This document shows positions 1 to 9,397 of a DNA stretch of 64,000 nt, piece by piece. The stretch lies in contig JASGJN010000026.1 of assembly GCA_049840735.1 (NCBI GenBank), positions 320,001 through 384,000 on the forward strand, read 5' to 3'. The notes under the pieces are model-generated. The model saw nothing but the letters and a program-made list of their open reading frames with translations. It had not been told where the DNA came from and made no database searches. The translations under genes were made by a program, and so were the position numbers. This stretch comes from Anaeromyxobacter sp. (lineage in GTDB: Bacteria > Myxococcota > Myxococcia > Myxococcales > Anaeromyxobacteraceae). Numbering within the stretch: the first letter of the stretch is position 1; each line of letters starts with the position of its first letter.

Positions 1-703
1 CCTGGGCAAGGCCTGCGGCGCGCCCATGGACATCTGCATGACGTTCAACGCCTCGGCCGAGTCGCTGGTCCGCCACGGCCACGCGCGCGAGGTGGACGTG
101 GCGGAGGGCCTGGACCTGCTGGCCCAGGCACGCGACCACGGGCTGGTGCAGTTCGGCGAGAACGTGCGGCAGGGCGTGAACTTCATCTGCAACTGCTGCG
201 GCTGCTGCTGCGAGGCCATGATCGCCGCCCGCCGCTTCGCCTCGGCCCACCCCATCCACACCACGCCCTTCCTGCCGGTGGTGGAGGAGGGGCGGTGCAA
301 CGGCTGCGAGAGGTGCGTCCGCGCCTGCCCGGTGGAGGCCATGGCGGCGGTCTCGGCCAACGATCCGAGGAAGCCGAAGCGCAGCCTGGCCCGGCTCGAC
401 GCGGAGCGCTGCCTGGGCTGCGGCGTCTGCGTGCGGGCCTGCAGCCAGGGCGCGCTCACGCTGGAGGCGCGGGAGAAGCGCGAGCTGACGCCGCTCGACG
501 GCGCGCACCGCGCGGTGCTGATGGCGCTGGAGCGCGGCAAGCTGCAGGACCTCATCTTCGACAACCGGCTGCTGGCCAGCCACCGGCTGCTGGCGGCCTT
601 CCTGGGCGCGGTGCTGAAGCTGCCGCCGGCCCAGCGGCTGATGGCCACCGAGCAGGTCCGCTCGCGCTACCTCGAGGCGCTGATCCGGCGGTTCGCGGCG
701 TGA
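1..703 (+). CDS. 4Fe-4S dicluster domain protein (5' end outside window)
   Basis: FICNCCGCCC motif plus two CxxCxxCxxxC ferredoxin motifs (CNGCERCVRACP, CLGCGVCVRACS); frame is open to the window edge. Confidence 0.85.
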   Translation, partial: LGKACGAPMDICMTFNASAESLVRHGHAREVDVAEGLDLLAQARDHGLVQFGENVRQGVNFICNCCGCCCEAMIAARRFASAHPIHTTPFLPVVEEGRCNGCERCVRACPVEAMAAVSANDPRKPKRSLARLDAERCLGCGVCVRACSQGALTLEAREKRELTPLDGAHRAVLMALERGKLQDLIFDNRLLASHRLLAAFLGAVLKLPPAQRLMATEQVRSRYLEALIRRFAA

Positions 704-749
704 GCCCCGCGCGCGGGGCCGGTCGCCCTGGTTCACCGAGGGGCTGTTC

Positions 750-1400
750 GTGTTCCTGGAGGAGCTGCGGCTCCACAACGACCGCGACTGGTTCGAGCGC
801 CACCGGGAGCGGTACCTGCGCGACGTGCGCAATCCCATGCTCCGCTTCATCGGCGACGTGGGGCCGGTGCTGGCCCGGCTGGCGCCGCGGCTGGTGGCCG
901 ATCCGCGCCCGGTGGGCGGGTCGCTCTTCCGCATCCACCGGGACACGCGCTTCGCCGCGGACAAGACGCCCTACAAGACCAACGCCGCCGCCAGCTTCCG
1001 GCACCAGGCCGGGCGCGACGTCCACGGCCCGGGGCTCTACGTCTCGCTGGCGCCGGGCGAGGTGGAGGTGGGCGGCGGGGTGTGGCACCCGGAGGCCGAG
1101 CCGCTGCAGCTCATCCGCCGCTCCCTGGTGGACCGGACCGCGGCCTGGCGCAGGGCGCTGGCCGCGCCGGGGCTGGACCGGCTGAGCTGGTGGGGCGAGG
1201 AGCTGAAGCGCACCCCGCGCGGCTTCCCCGAGGACCACCCGCTCGACGCCATGCTGCGCCGCAAGGACTTCGCCGCCGGCCTGGAGCTGACCGAGCGCGA
1301 CGCGCTGCGTCCGGACCTCCTGGACCGCTGCGTCGAGGCCTGGCGCCCGCTGGGGCCGGCGCTCAAGCTGATGGCAGGCGCGGTGGGCCTGCCCTGGTGA
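750..1400 (+). CDS. DUF2461 / TIGR02453 family protein
   Basis: HNDRDWF, FRIHRDTRF..DKTPYK and LKRTPRGFPEDHP motifs; true start is probably slightly upstream (WFTEGLF is in frame; GTG at 700 is out of frame). Confidence 0.85.
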   Translation: MFLEELRLHNDRDWFERHRERYLRDVRNPMLRFIGDVGPVLARLAPRLVADPRPVGGSLFRIHRDTRFAADKTPYKTNAAASFRHQAGRDVHGPGLYVSLAPGEVEVGGGVWHPEAEPLQLIRRSLVDRTAAWRRALAAPGLDRLSWWGEELKRTPRGFPEDHPLDAMLRRKDFAAGLELTERDALRPDLLDRCVEAWRPLGPALKLMAGAVGLPW

Positions 1401-1421
1401 GGGGCGCGCTCCGCAGGCATC

Positions 1422-1525
1422 GGGCCTCGGACCTCAGGCCACAGGTGAGACGTCCAGCAGCGAAGAGGCCTCACCCCGAAGCCCGAGGCCTGAAGCCTGA
1501 GGCCTGAGGCCTGAGTCCGAAGCCC
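1422..1525. repeat. Heptamer tandem repeat (CCYGARG) with inverted partner forming a hairpin
   Basis: cccgaag cccgagg cctgaag cctgagg cctgagg cctgagt at 1475-1516; complementary gggcctcggacctcaggccacagg at 1422-1445. Confidence 0.7.
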
Positions 1526-1599
1526 TGGTGCCCCGCCTGGATGTTGCCACTCCCACCCGCCCGCCGTGTCATCCTCGTGATGCCCAGCCCGGAGAAGCA

Positions 1600-4357
1600 C
1601 ATGCGCCGCCTCGCCCTGCTCGCCGTCACGCTCGCCCTGGCCTGCACCGGCTCGGGGAAGGGCCCACCCGACACGTCCCACCAGCCCGGGGACGAGGTGT
1701 TCGTCTCGACCGCGCCCGGCGGCGGCGTGGGGGGCGACGGCACCGTGCCGCCCGCGGCCGAGCCCGGCACCGCCGGCCCCTCAGGCCCGTCCGGCCCGTC
1801 CGGCGACGGCGCCGGCACGCGGGCGCTGGTGGAGGCCGACGTCTACGCCCGGCGCGGCGCGCTGGTCTACGTGCAGAACACCTACCGCGGGCTGCAGGTG
1901 GTGGACCTGGCCGACCCGGCCCACCCGCGCCTGCGCGGGCAGCTGCCGCTCACCGGGACGCCGGTGGGGCTGTACCTGGTGGGCGACGTGGCGCTGGTCA
2001 CCGCCTCGGACGTGCTCCGCTGGCTGCCCTCCGAAGGCGACGCGCCGGCCCAGGCCAGCTACGGCGCCCGGCTCTGGGCGGTGGACATCTCCGACCCCGA
2101 CCACCCCGCGCTCCTCTCGGAGCAGCCGGTGGCGGGCGCCATCACCGACTCGCGGCTGGTGGGGGACGCGCTCTACGTGGTGAGCCGCAACCTGCCGTAC
2201 TGGTGCCTCACGCCCATGGCCGGCGACGTGGCCGGCAGGCCCTGGCCTGCGGCCGACCAGGTCACGGTGGCCAGCTTCGACGTGTCGTCGCCGGCGGCGC
2301 CGCGGCCGGTGGATCACCTCGACTTCGCGCAGTCCGGCTGGTCGATGCACGTCCACGTCACCGCCGAGCGGATCACCGTGGCCGGGTCCGGCTGGGAGGC
2401 GGGGAACGACGCGGGCGTGACCCAGCTCACGGCAGTGGACATCTCGGACCCGGCCGGCCGGCTGGTCGAGGGCGCGCGGATCACGGTGGCGGGGCAGGTG
2501 CAGGACCGCTGGGCGCTCGACCTCGACGCGGCCACCGGCACCTTCCGCGTGGTCACCGCCGACCAGTGGTCGAGCGGCGCCCGGCTGCACGTCCTGGCCT
2601 GGGCGGCGCCGGACCAGGTGGCGCCGCTGGGCGGGCTCGACCTGGACGTGCCGGAGCGGGTCACCGCCGCGCGCTTCGACGGCGCCCGCGCCTACGTGGT
2701 GACCGCGCTGGCCATCGATCCGCTCTGGGTGGTGGACCTGGCCGACCCGGCGCAGCCGGCGCTGGCCGGGCACCTCGAGATGCCGGGGCAGCTCGACTAC
2801 CTGGTCCCGCGCGGCGACCGGCTGCTGGCGCTGGGGCACGGCGGCACCGGGGCCGGCTTCCAGCTCCACGTCTCGCTGCTGGACGTGGCCGACCCGGCCC
2901 ACCCGGCGCTGCTGGCGCGCCGCGTCCTCTCGCCGGACTGGGCCTTCGTGCCGGCCTCGCCGGACGATCTCCAGAAGGCCTTCCAGGTGCTGGACGAGCA
3001 GGGGCTGATCCTCCTGCCCTATCAAGGCTACGACCGCGAGACCTGGAGCTGGTCGGGCGGCACGCAGCTGTTCAGCTTCACGCGCGACACGCTGGTGCAG
3101 GAGGGCTTCGTGGCCCACCTGGGCGATCTCAAGCGCGCCTTCCCGACCGACGCCGCCGGCGTGCTGGGCGCCTTCTCCGACCAGGCGCTCCAGACCATCG
3201 ACGCCCGCGACCGCGCCCACCCGGTGCAGCTGGGGCAGGTCGACCTGGCGCGGCCGGTGTGGGACCTGATCGTCTCCGGCGACCGGACCCTGGAGCTCTC
3301 CGGGCTGCCGTGGTGGGGCGGCATGACCGAGCTGGCGGTGACGCCGGCGGCCAATCCGGAGGGCGCGCCCAGCTGGCGGACGCCGCTGGCGGCCTGGTGG
3401 ACGCGGCTGCTGAAGGTGGACGAGGTGGGCTGGGTGGTGGGCAGCGCGCCATACGACGGCACCGGGCAGGGCCAGACCTTCGTCCAGGCGGTGGACCTCT
3501 CCGGCGACGCGCCGCGGCTGGCCGGGCGGCTGGAGCTGGGCAGCAGCTCCGGCTACTGGTACGGCGACCCGGCGCAGGTGGGCCGGGCGCTGGTGGTGCC
3601 GGAGGTGACCTGGGACGGCGCCTCCGGCTACGACGCCACCTTCTCGGTGGTGGACCTGTCCAGCCCCGACGCGCCGGCCGTGGTCTCCGAGGTGGCGCTG
3701 CCGGTCCACGACTGGATGGGCGGGGTGACCGGGATCGGCCACACCGCCTGGTTCTGGCACTACGACTGGGCCGAGCCGTACACCACGGTGCGGTACGCGC
3801 TGGGCCGGCTGGACCTGGCCGACCCCGCGCACCCGGTGCTCCTGCCGGAGGTGAACGTTCCGGGCTGGTTCTTCTCGGCCTCCGACGACGGACAGCGGGT
3901 CTACACGCAGGAGTACGAGTGGGACGGCGCGGAGGCGCGCATCCGGCTGCACGCGCTGGAGCTGACCGACCACGGCACCGCCCGGCTGATCGGGTCGGTG
4001 GCCATCCCGGGCTGGACCACCAACGCCGTGCGCGTGGGGCAGCACGCGTACCTGACCGGCTGGCGGAGCGGCGGCGAGGCCGTGCTGTACGTGATCGACC
4101 TGGACGCGATGGCGCTGGTGGCGCAGGTGCCGATCCAGGCCAGCTGGATGTGGGCGATCGGCTCTGGCGGCGGGAAGCTCTTCCTGGCCACCGGGTGGCC
4201 GGCGCCCTCGGTGCTGGTGGTGGGGATCGACGACCCCGCGCACCCGGTGGTGGAGCAGACGGTGCCCACCAGCGGCTACCAGTACCGCGTCGAGGTCGGC
4301 GCCGGAGCCGCGTACCTGCCGGCGGGCGCCTACGGCGTGCTGCGGATCCCGCTCTGA
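1600..4357 (+). CDS. Secreted beta-propeller domain lipoprotein
   Basis: Lipobox LALAC, VEADV motif, repeated VVDLADPAHP blades, TALAIDPLWVVDL...GHLEMPGQLDYL motif. Confidence 0.8.
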
Positions 4358-4483
4358 GCGGGTGGCGGGGCCCGCCGCTCGCCGCCCGTCGGAGGGCGAG
4401 CGGCCCCGTGGTTGCGGCGGCGTGTCCGTGACCCTGCGCCGCCTGGCCGCGGGGGACATCCCTGACCGCCCCGCGGCCTGGGC

Positions 4484-6487
4484 GTGTCCCGCACCCAGCG
4501 TCTCGCGCGGTCGCGCGCCGACGTGCTAGAGCCGGAGGGTTCGCCCAAGGCAGCGGAGGGGACCCTGCTCATCCCGGTTGGACTCGACGAGGCCCGGCTC
4601 TCGCGCCTGCCCTGGGCGTCGATCGTCATCCTGGCGCTGAACGTGCTGGTGCTGGCGTGGCAGGGGCTGGCCTCCAACGACCGCGCGCTGGAGGCGAGCG
4701 CGCGCGCGCTGGTGGAGTACTGGTCCGAGCACCCGCAGCTGGAGACGCCGGCCTCGCTGCAGGGCACCCCCTACGACCGCGAGTGGATGCTGTGGGCGAC
4801 GGACACCTCGCCGGACGAGGTGGGCAGCAGCGCGGGCGATCCGGCCGAGCTGGAGGCGCTGGGCGAGGAGCTGGCGGCGGCGCGGGCGCGGGATCCCGAG
4901 GTGGCGTACGGCCTGGTGCCGGCGCGCGGGCTCTCGCAGCCGGGCTGGTTCACCGCCATGTTCCTGCACGGCGACCTCTTCCACCTGCTCGGGAACATGC
5001 TGATCTTCTGCCTGGTGGTGGGGCCGTTCCTGGAGGACGCCTGGGGCCTGGCCTTCTTCCTGGGCCTGTACCTCTGCGGCGGCCTGGCGGCCGGGGCGGC
5101 GCAGGTGGCGCAGGACGCGTCCTCGACCGTCCCCATCATCGGCGCGTCCGGGGCCATCTCCGCCTGCCTGGGGGCGTTCGCGCTGCGCTTCGCGCACCGC
5201 AAGGTGAGGATCTTCTACTGGTTCTGGTGGTTCATCCGCGGGACCTTCTTCATGCCGGCGTGGCTCTTCGCCTTCTTCGGCTTCACCATGGACCTGCTCA
5301 ACCTCCAGCTGAGCCGCGGCGGCTCGGGCGGCGGCGTCGCCTACGCCGCGCACGTGGGCGGGTTCCTGGCCGGGCTGGCGGTGGCGATGGTGGTGCGCGC
5401 CACGGGGCTCGACGCGAAGCTGGGGCGCGAGGGGGTCGGCAAGTGGGGGGCCAGCTTCGCCGCCTCGCGGGCGCAGGACGCGCTGGCGAGCGGCGACCTG
5501 TTCGCGGCGCGGCAGCGGCTGGAGGCGGCGGTGGACGCCAAGCCGCGCGACCTCGACGCGCTGCTGGAGCTGGCGCGGCTGGAGGCGAAGCGGTTCGACC
5601 GCGCGCGCGCCACCGAGCTGGTGGAGCGGGCGCTGGGGATGCAGCTCACGGCCGGGGATCGCGCCGGGGCCAAGGCGCTGCTGCTGGAGCTGGGCGGCTG
5701 GATCCAGCCCGAGCTGCTGCGCCCGGCCACCGCCTTCCGCGCGGCCGAGCTGGTCGCGGCGGAGGACCCTGGGCTGGCCGACCAGCTCGACGACGCCGCG
5801 GCCGCGGGCGGCGGCGCGGTGGGCGCCAAGGCGCTGGCGCGGATGCTGCGGCGCGCGCGGGCTGGCGCGCCGGAGCGCGCGCGGGCGCTGGCCGAGCGGC
5901 TGGTGGGGTTCCCGGGCGCGCCGCCCGAGCTGGTGGAGCAGGCGCGGGCGCTGCTCTCGCAGCTGGCGCCGCCGCCGCCGGAGGACCGCGCCATCTCGCT
6001 GGAGCTGGAGCTGCCGGCTGCGCCGCCGCCTCCGCCAGCGGCCGGAGCGCTGGGCCAGGGCCCGGTGCAGGTGCTGCACTGCCGGATCACCGGGCTGCTG
6101 CCGCAGGGGCTGGCGGTGGTGGACGGGACCGGGAGGGCCGGGGTGGTGGCGCTGGGGCGGGTGGCGGCGGTGGCCGCCGGGCTGGTGGAGGCCGCGCCCA
6201 CGCCGGCGGCGGCGTCCGCGCCCAGGCTGCTGCTGGACCTGCTGCTGGTGCCGGCGGAGGGGCACCCCGCCCGCACCGTGCTGCGCGTGCCCGCCCACGG
6301 GCTGGGCCTGCAGGCGCTCTACCCCGGGCTGGCGCCCGCCGACGCCTGGGCCCGGCTGGTGGAGGCGCTGGTGGCGGGCGGGGCCAGGCCGGTCCCGTCG
6401 CACGCCGCGGTGGCTGGCCGGCCCTTCGGACGCCACGCCGACGCGAGCGCCTTCGAGGCGGCAGCCTGGGGCCGCCCGCTGGCCTGA
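4484..6487 (+). CDS. Rhomboid family intramembrane serine protease with C-terminal helical/TPR extension
   Basis: MFLHGDLFHLLGNM, IGASGAIS and AYAAHVGG motifs; start uncertain. Confidence 0.85.
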   Translation: MSRTQRLARSRADVLEPEGSPKAAEGTLLIPVGLDEARLSRLPWASIVILALNVLVLAWQGLASNDRALEASARALVEYWSEHPQLETPASLQGTPYDREWMLWATDTSPDEVGSSAGDPAELEALGEELAAARARDPEVAYGLVPARGLSQPGWFTAMFLHGDLFHLLGNMLIFCLVVGPFLEDAWGLAFFLGLYLCGGLAAGAAQVAQDASSTVPIIGASGAISACLGAFALRFAHRKVRIFYWFWWFIRGTFFMPAWLFAFFGFTMDLLNLQLSRGGSGGGVAYAAHVGGFLAGLAVAMVVRATGLDAKLGREGVGKWGASFAASRAQDALASGDLFAARQRLEAAVDAKPRDLDALLELARLEAKRFDRARATELVERALGMQLTAGDRAGAKALLLELGGWIQPELLRPATAFRAAELVAAEDPGLADQLDDAAAAGGGAVGAKALARMLRRARAGAPERARALAERLVGFPGAPPELVEQARALLSQLAPPPPEDRAISLELELPAAPPPPPAAGALGQGPVQVLHCRITGLLPQGLAVVDGTGRAGVVALGRVAAVAAGLVEAAPTPAAASAPRLLLDLLLVPAEGHPARTVLRVPAHGLGLQALYPGLAPADAWARLVEALVAGGARPVPSHAAVAGRPFGRHADASAFEAAAWGRPLA

Positions 6488-6523
6488 GCCGAGCCAGACC
6501 GAGGGGTCCGCCGCGCGGACCCC
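6488..6523 (-). repeat. RAYT-flanking repeat, copy 1, with hairpin
   Basis: gccgagccagaccgaggggtccgccgcgcg is the reverse complement (28/30) of 8621-8650; contains stem ggggtccgc/gcggacccc. Confidence 0.7.
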
Positions 6524-6597
6524 GGTACGCGCCGCGGACCCTCGCCGGCGGGCAGATGTCCCGCTGGCGTGAGCTTCGCGCTGGCACGCGGGCTGCG

Positions 6598-7503
6598 ATG
6601 CCGGCCGGCGTGACCGCTCCTCGACGCATCGTGCCTGGCGCCTCGTATCTCGCCTCCCGTCGCTGCTCGCAGCGGGAGTTCCTCCTCAAGCCGTCCAAGC
6701 TGACGAACCTCGTCATCCGGTTCGTCCTCGCCGTGGCGGCGGCCCGCTACGGCATCCTCATCCACGCGGTCTGCGTGATGAGCAACCACCTGCACCTGGT
6801 CCTCACCGACCCCCTCGGCAACCTGCCCGAGTTCAGCCACCTCTTCTTCGGCGTCGTCGCCAAGGCGCTCAACGCGCTCCACGGCCGCTGGGAGAACTTC
6901 TGGGCGCCGGACAGCTACAGCGCCGTCGAGCTCGTCTCACCGGACGACATCGTCGAGAAGACCGCCTACACGCTCGCGAACCCGGCGGCAGCCGACCTGG
7001 TCGAGCACGGCCGCCAGTGGCCGGGCGTCTGGACCGCCCCGCAGGACATCGGCGGGCCTGCGCAAGCGGTGAAGCGCCCCGGCCACTACTTCGTCGAGGA
7101 GGGCGCCATGCCGAAGCGCGCGGAGCTGGTGTTCACGGTGCCGAAGGGGTTCGCGTCCGCAGAGGAGTTCCGGGCGCGTGTCACGGCCCGCGTGAAGGAG
7201 CTCGAGCAGGCCGCGGCCGAGAAGCGCGAGCAGGCCGGCAAGCGCGTGCTGGGCGCCCAGCGCGTGATGAAGCAGAAGCCCACCGACCGGCCCACCACCG
7301 GCGAGCCGCGGCGTCGCCTCAACCCCCGCGTCGCCGCAATGGACAAGTGGAAGCGGATCGAGGCGCTGCAGCGGCTGAAGTCATTCCTCGAGGCCCACCG
7401 CGAGGCGCTGCTGCGGTTCTGCGGCGGCGACCGCGCCGCGGTCTTCCCGCGCGGCACCTACCTGATGCGCGTGCGGTTCGGGGCCTGCTGCGCCTCAGGC
7501 TGA
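6598..7503 (+). CDS. REP-associated tyrosine transposase-like (RAYT, IS200-like Y1 HUH) protein
   Basis: YLASRRC, AVCVMSNHLHLVL (HUH), FW..SYSAVEL and Y..ANPAAADLV motifs; forms the 3' part of track ORF 4657..7503; alternative start GTG 6610. Confidence 0.85.
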   Translation: MPAGVTAPRRIVPGASYLASRRCSQREFLLKPSKLTNLVIRFVLAVAAARYGILIHAVCVMSNHLHLVLTDPLGNLPEFSHLFFGVVAKALNALHGRWENFWAPDSYSAVELVSPDDIVEKTAYTLANPAAADLVEHGRQWPGVWTAPQDIGGPAQAVKRPGHYFVEEGAMPKRAELVFTVPKGFASAEEFRARVTARVKELEQAAAEKREQAGKRVLGAQRVMKQKPTDRPTTGEPRRRLNPRVAAMDKWKRIEALQRLKSFLEAHREALLRFCGGDRAAVFPRGTYLMRVRFGACCASG

Positions 7504-7713
7504 GGTCCGCCGCGCGGTGGTTCCAACCTGGAGCCAGGGCGACCCGCGCAGCGGAGGCCGGGGTGCGTTCTTCGCTCGCGACGTTGCGCCCGCCGAGCGC
7601 GCCCGGGTGCGTCGAGGAAGCCGCGCGCTGCCCTCGGGCCAGGCCTGGGTCGCCGCCTCGCTTGTTGACGGGGCGGCGACTCCCCTTGCGGGCCCGCCGG
7701 TGCTCCGGTCGCC

Positions 7714-7733
7714 CGGCGGACCCCTCGGTCCGG
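7714..7733 (+). repeat. RAYT-flanking repeat, copy 2
   Basis: cggcggacccctcggtccgg, inverted relative to copy 1. Confidence 0.65.
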
Positions 7734-7744
7734 TCAGGCCCGGG

Positions 7745-8476
7745 TCAGGCCGCCAGCTGGGACTTCCCCTCCGCCTCCTTGCCGCTCTCGCCGGCCACCG
7801 CCGGGTAGACGAGCCCCGCCGCTACCGCGCCCACCAGCGGCGCGACCCAGAACGCCCACAGCTGCGCCAGCGCCCAGCCGCCCACGAAGAGCGCCGGGCC
7901 GGTGGAGCGGGCCGGGTTCACCGAGGTGTTCGTGACCGGGATGCTGATGAGGTGGATGAGCGTGAGGCACAGGCCGATGGCCACCGGCGCCAGCGCGGCC
8001 GGCGCCCGCCGGTCGGTGGCGCCCAGGATCACGAACAGGAAGCCGAAGGTCAGGACCGCCTCGCAGATCAGGCCGGCCCCGAGCGCGTAGCCGCCCGGGG
8101 AGTGCTCGCCGTAGCCGTTGGAGGCGAACCCGGCCGCGAGGTCGAAGCCTGGGCGGCCGGACGCCACCAGGTAGAGCGCCGCGGCCCCGACGATCGCGCC
8201 GGCCACCTGGGCGACGACGTAGGGCAGCACCTCCTTGCCCGGGAAGCGCTTGGCCACCGCCAGGCCGACGGTGACCGCGGGGTTCAGGTGGCAGCCGGAG
8301 ATGTGGCCGATGGCGTAGGCCATGGTCAGCACCGTCAGGCCAAAGGCGAACGAGACGCCCAGCAGGCCGATTCCCACCTCCGGGAAGGCAGCCGACAGCA
8401 CCGCGCTCCCGCAGCCGCCGATGACCAGCCAGGCCGTTCCGATGAGCTCCGCCACGACACGCTTTCCGATCGGCAT
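7745..8476 (-). CDS. aqpZ: Aquaporin Z
   Basis: [11 protein letters not shown] and [15 protein letters not shown] motifs; [15 protein letters not shown] loop typical of AqpZ. Confidence 0.95.
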   Translation of the reverse strand: MPIGKRVVAELIGTAWLVIGGCGSAVLSAAFPEVGIGLLGVSFAFGLTVLTMAYAIGHISGCHLNPAVTVGLAVAKRFPGKEVLPYVVAQVAGAIVGAAALYLVASGRPGFDLAAGFASNGYGEHSPGGYALGAGLICEAVLTFGFLFVILGATDRRAPAALAPVAIGLCLTLIHLISIPVTNTSVNPARSTGPALFVGGWALAQLWAFWVAPLVGAVAAGLVYPAVAGESGKEAEGKSQLAA

Positions 8477-8620
8477 GGATTCCTCCATCAGGTGTGCGCG
8501 CGAGCCTACCCGCCCCGCGGCTCGCCGGAGATGGCCACTCAGGTCAGGGGCGGGTTCGCCCCCGCCGGTAGCGCCCCTGGCGGACGCGTCCAAAGGAGGG
8601 GCCCGTGCAGACCCACCGGC

Positions 8621-8650
8621 CGCGCGGCGGACCCCTCGGTCCGGCTCAGC
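8621..8650 (+). repeat. RAYT-flanking repeat, copy 3
   Basis: cgcgcggcggacccctcggtccggctcagc. Confidence 0.65.
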
Positions 8651-9170
8651 GGCGCTTGCCGGACGGCTTGCGCGCGCTGACCCGCGCCCGCGCCGTCACT
8701 GCGGCCTTCCCCTTGGCAGCCGGCTTGCGCGCCTTGCCGAAGACCGGCCGTGGGCGGACGCTCAGGACCTTGTCCTCGGCCAGGAAGCTCACGCCGTCGA
8801 AGTACCAGGCGTAGTCCGGGCAGGGGCTCTCCTCCCGCAGCTGTACCTCGCCGTTGGCGCGGATCACCAGCATGGCGGGCGTGCTGTTGAGCTGGCCGCC
8901 GGGCAGCACCGCGCGTTGATACGTGACGAACCGGTCGGTGGCTGGGCGCATGCCGGCGGGCAAGGTGAAGATGGCGTAGGGGCCGTTGGTGGGGTGGGGC
9001 GGGGGCTGGAAGAGCGGCGAGATCCCCACCGCGCCGCGCAGGTGGACGACGCCGGTGCCGCCCACGCCGCCCGTGTCGACGACCTGGAGCGGCTCCTTCC
9101 AGGCGCCGAAGTTGCTGAACGCGAACAGGTTCGGGATGAGCGTCGGGACGACGATGCTGACGGTGGCCAT
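8646..9170 (-). CDS. Hypothetical protein resembling a phage tail/structural protein C-terminal beta domain, with basic tail
   Basis: VHLRG...[10 protein letters not shown]...LVIRANGEV...FDGVSF pattern; GGAGG RBS upstream. Confidence 0.55.
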   Translation of the reverse strand: MATVSIVVPTLIPNLFAFSNFGAWKEPLQVVDTGGVGGTGVVHLRGAVGISPLFQPPPHPTNGPYAIFTLPAGMRPATDRFVTYQRAVLPGGQLNSTPAMLVIRANGEVQLREESPCPDYAWYFDGVSFLAEDKVLSVRPRPVFGKARKPAAKGKAAVTARARVSARKPSGKRR

Positions 9171-9397
9171 GGGCTCCCCTCCGGGCGGCCGGATCGACCG
9201 CGGGTGAAGCGCGCACGCTAGCCCAGCGCGGGGGGCGGCGGGATCCTCCCAGGTGGGACGTACCGCCGGTGCGGACTGCGCAGCGCGCCGCGCCGTCCGG
9301 ACGAGCCGCCCCGGGCAGGAATGTGACAGCAGGTGAACGCGCCGGGGCCGCGACGGCTTTGCTTCCGGCCGCCCCCGCCCTTTGTTAAGGGTCAGGG

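Noticed and set aside
4657..6597. Long N-terminal extension on the RAYT (948-aa track ORF)
   Set aside because: Off-frame read-through of the rhomboid gene in stop-poor, GC-rich DNA.
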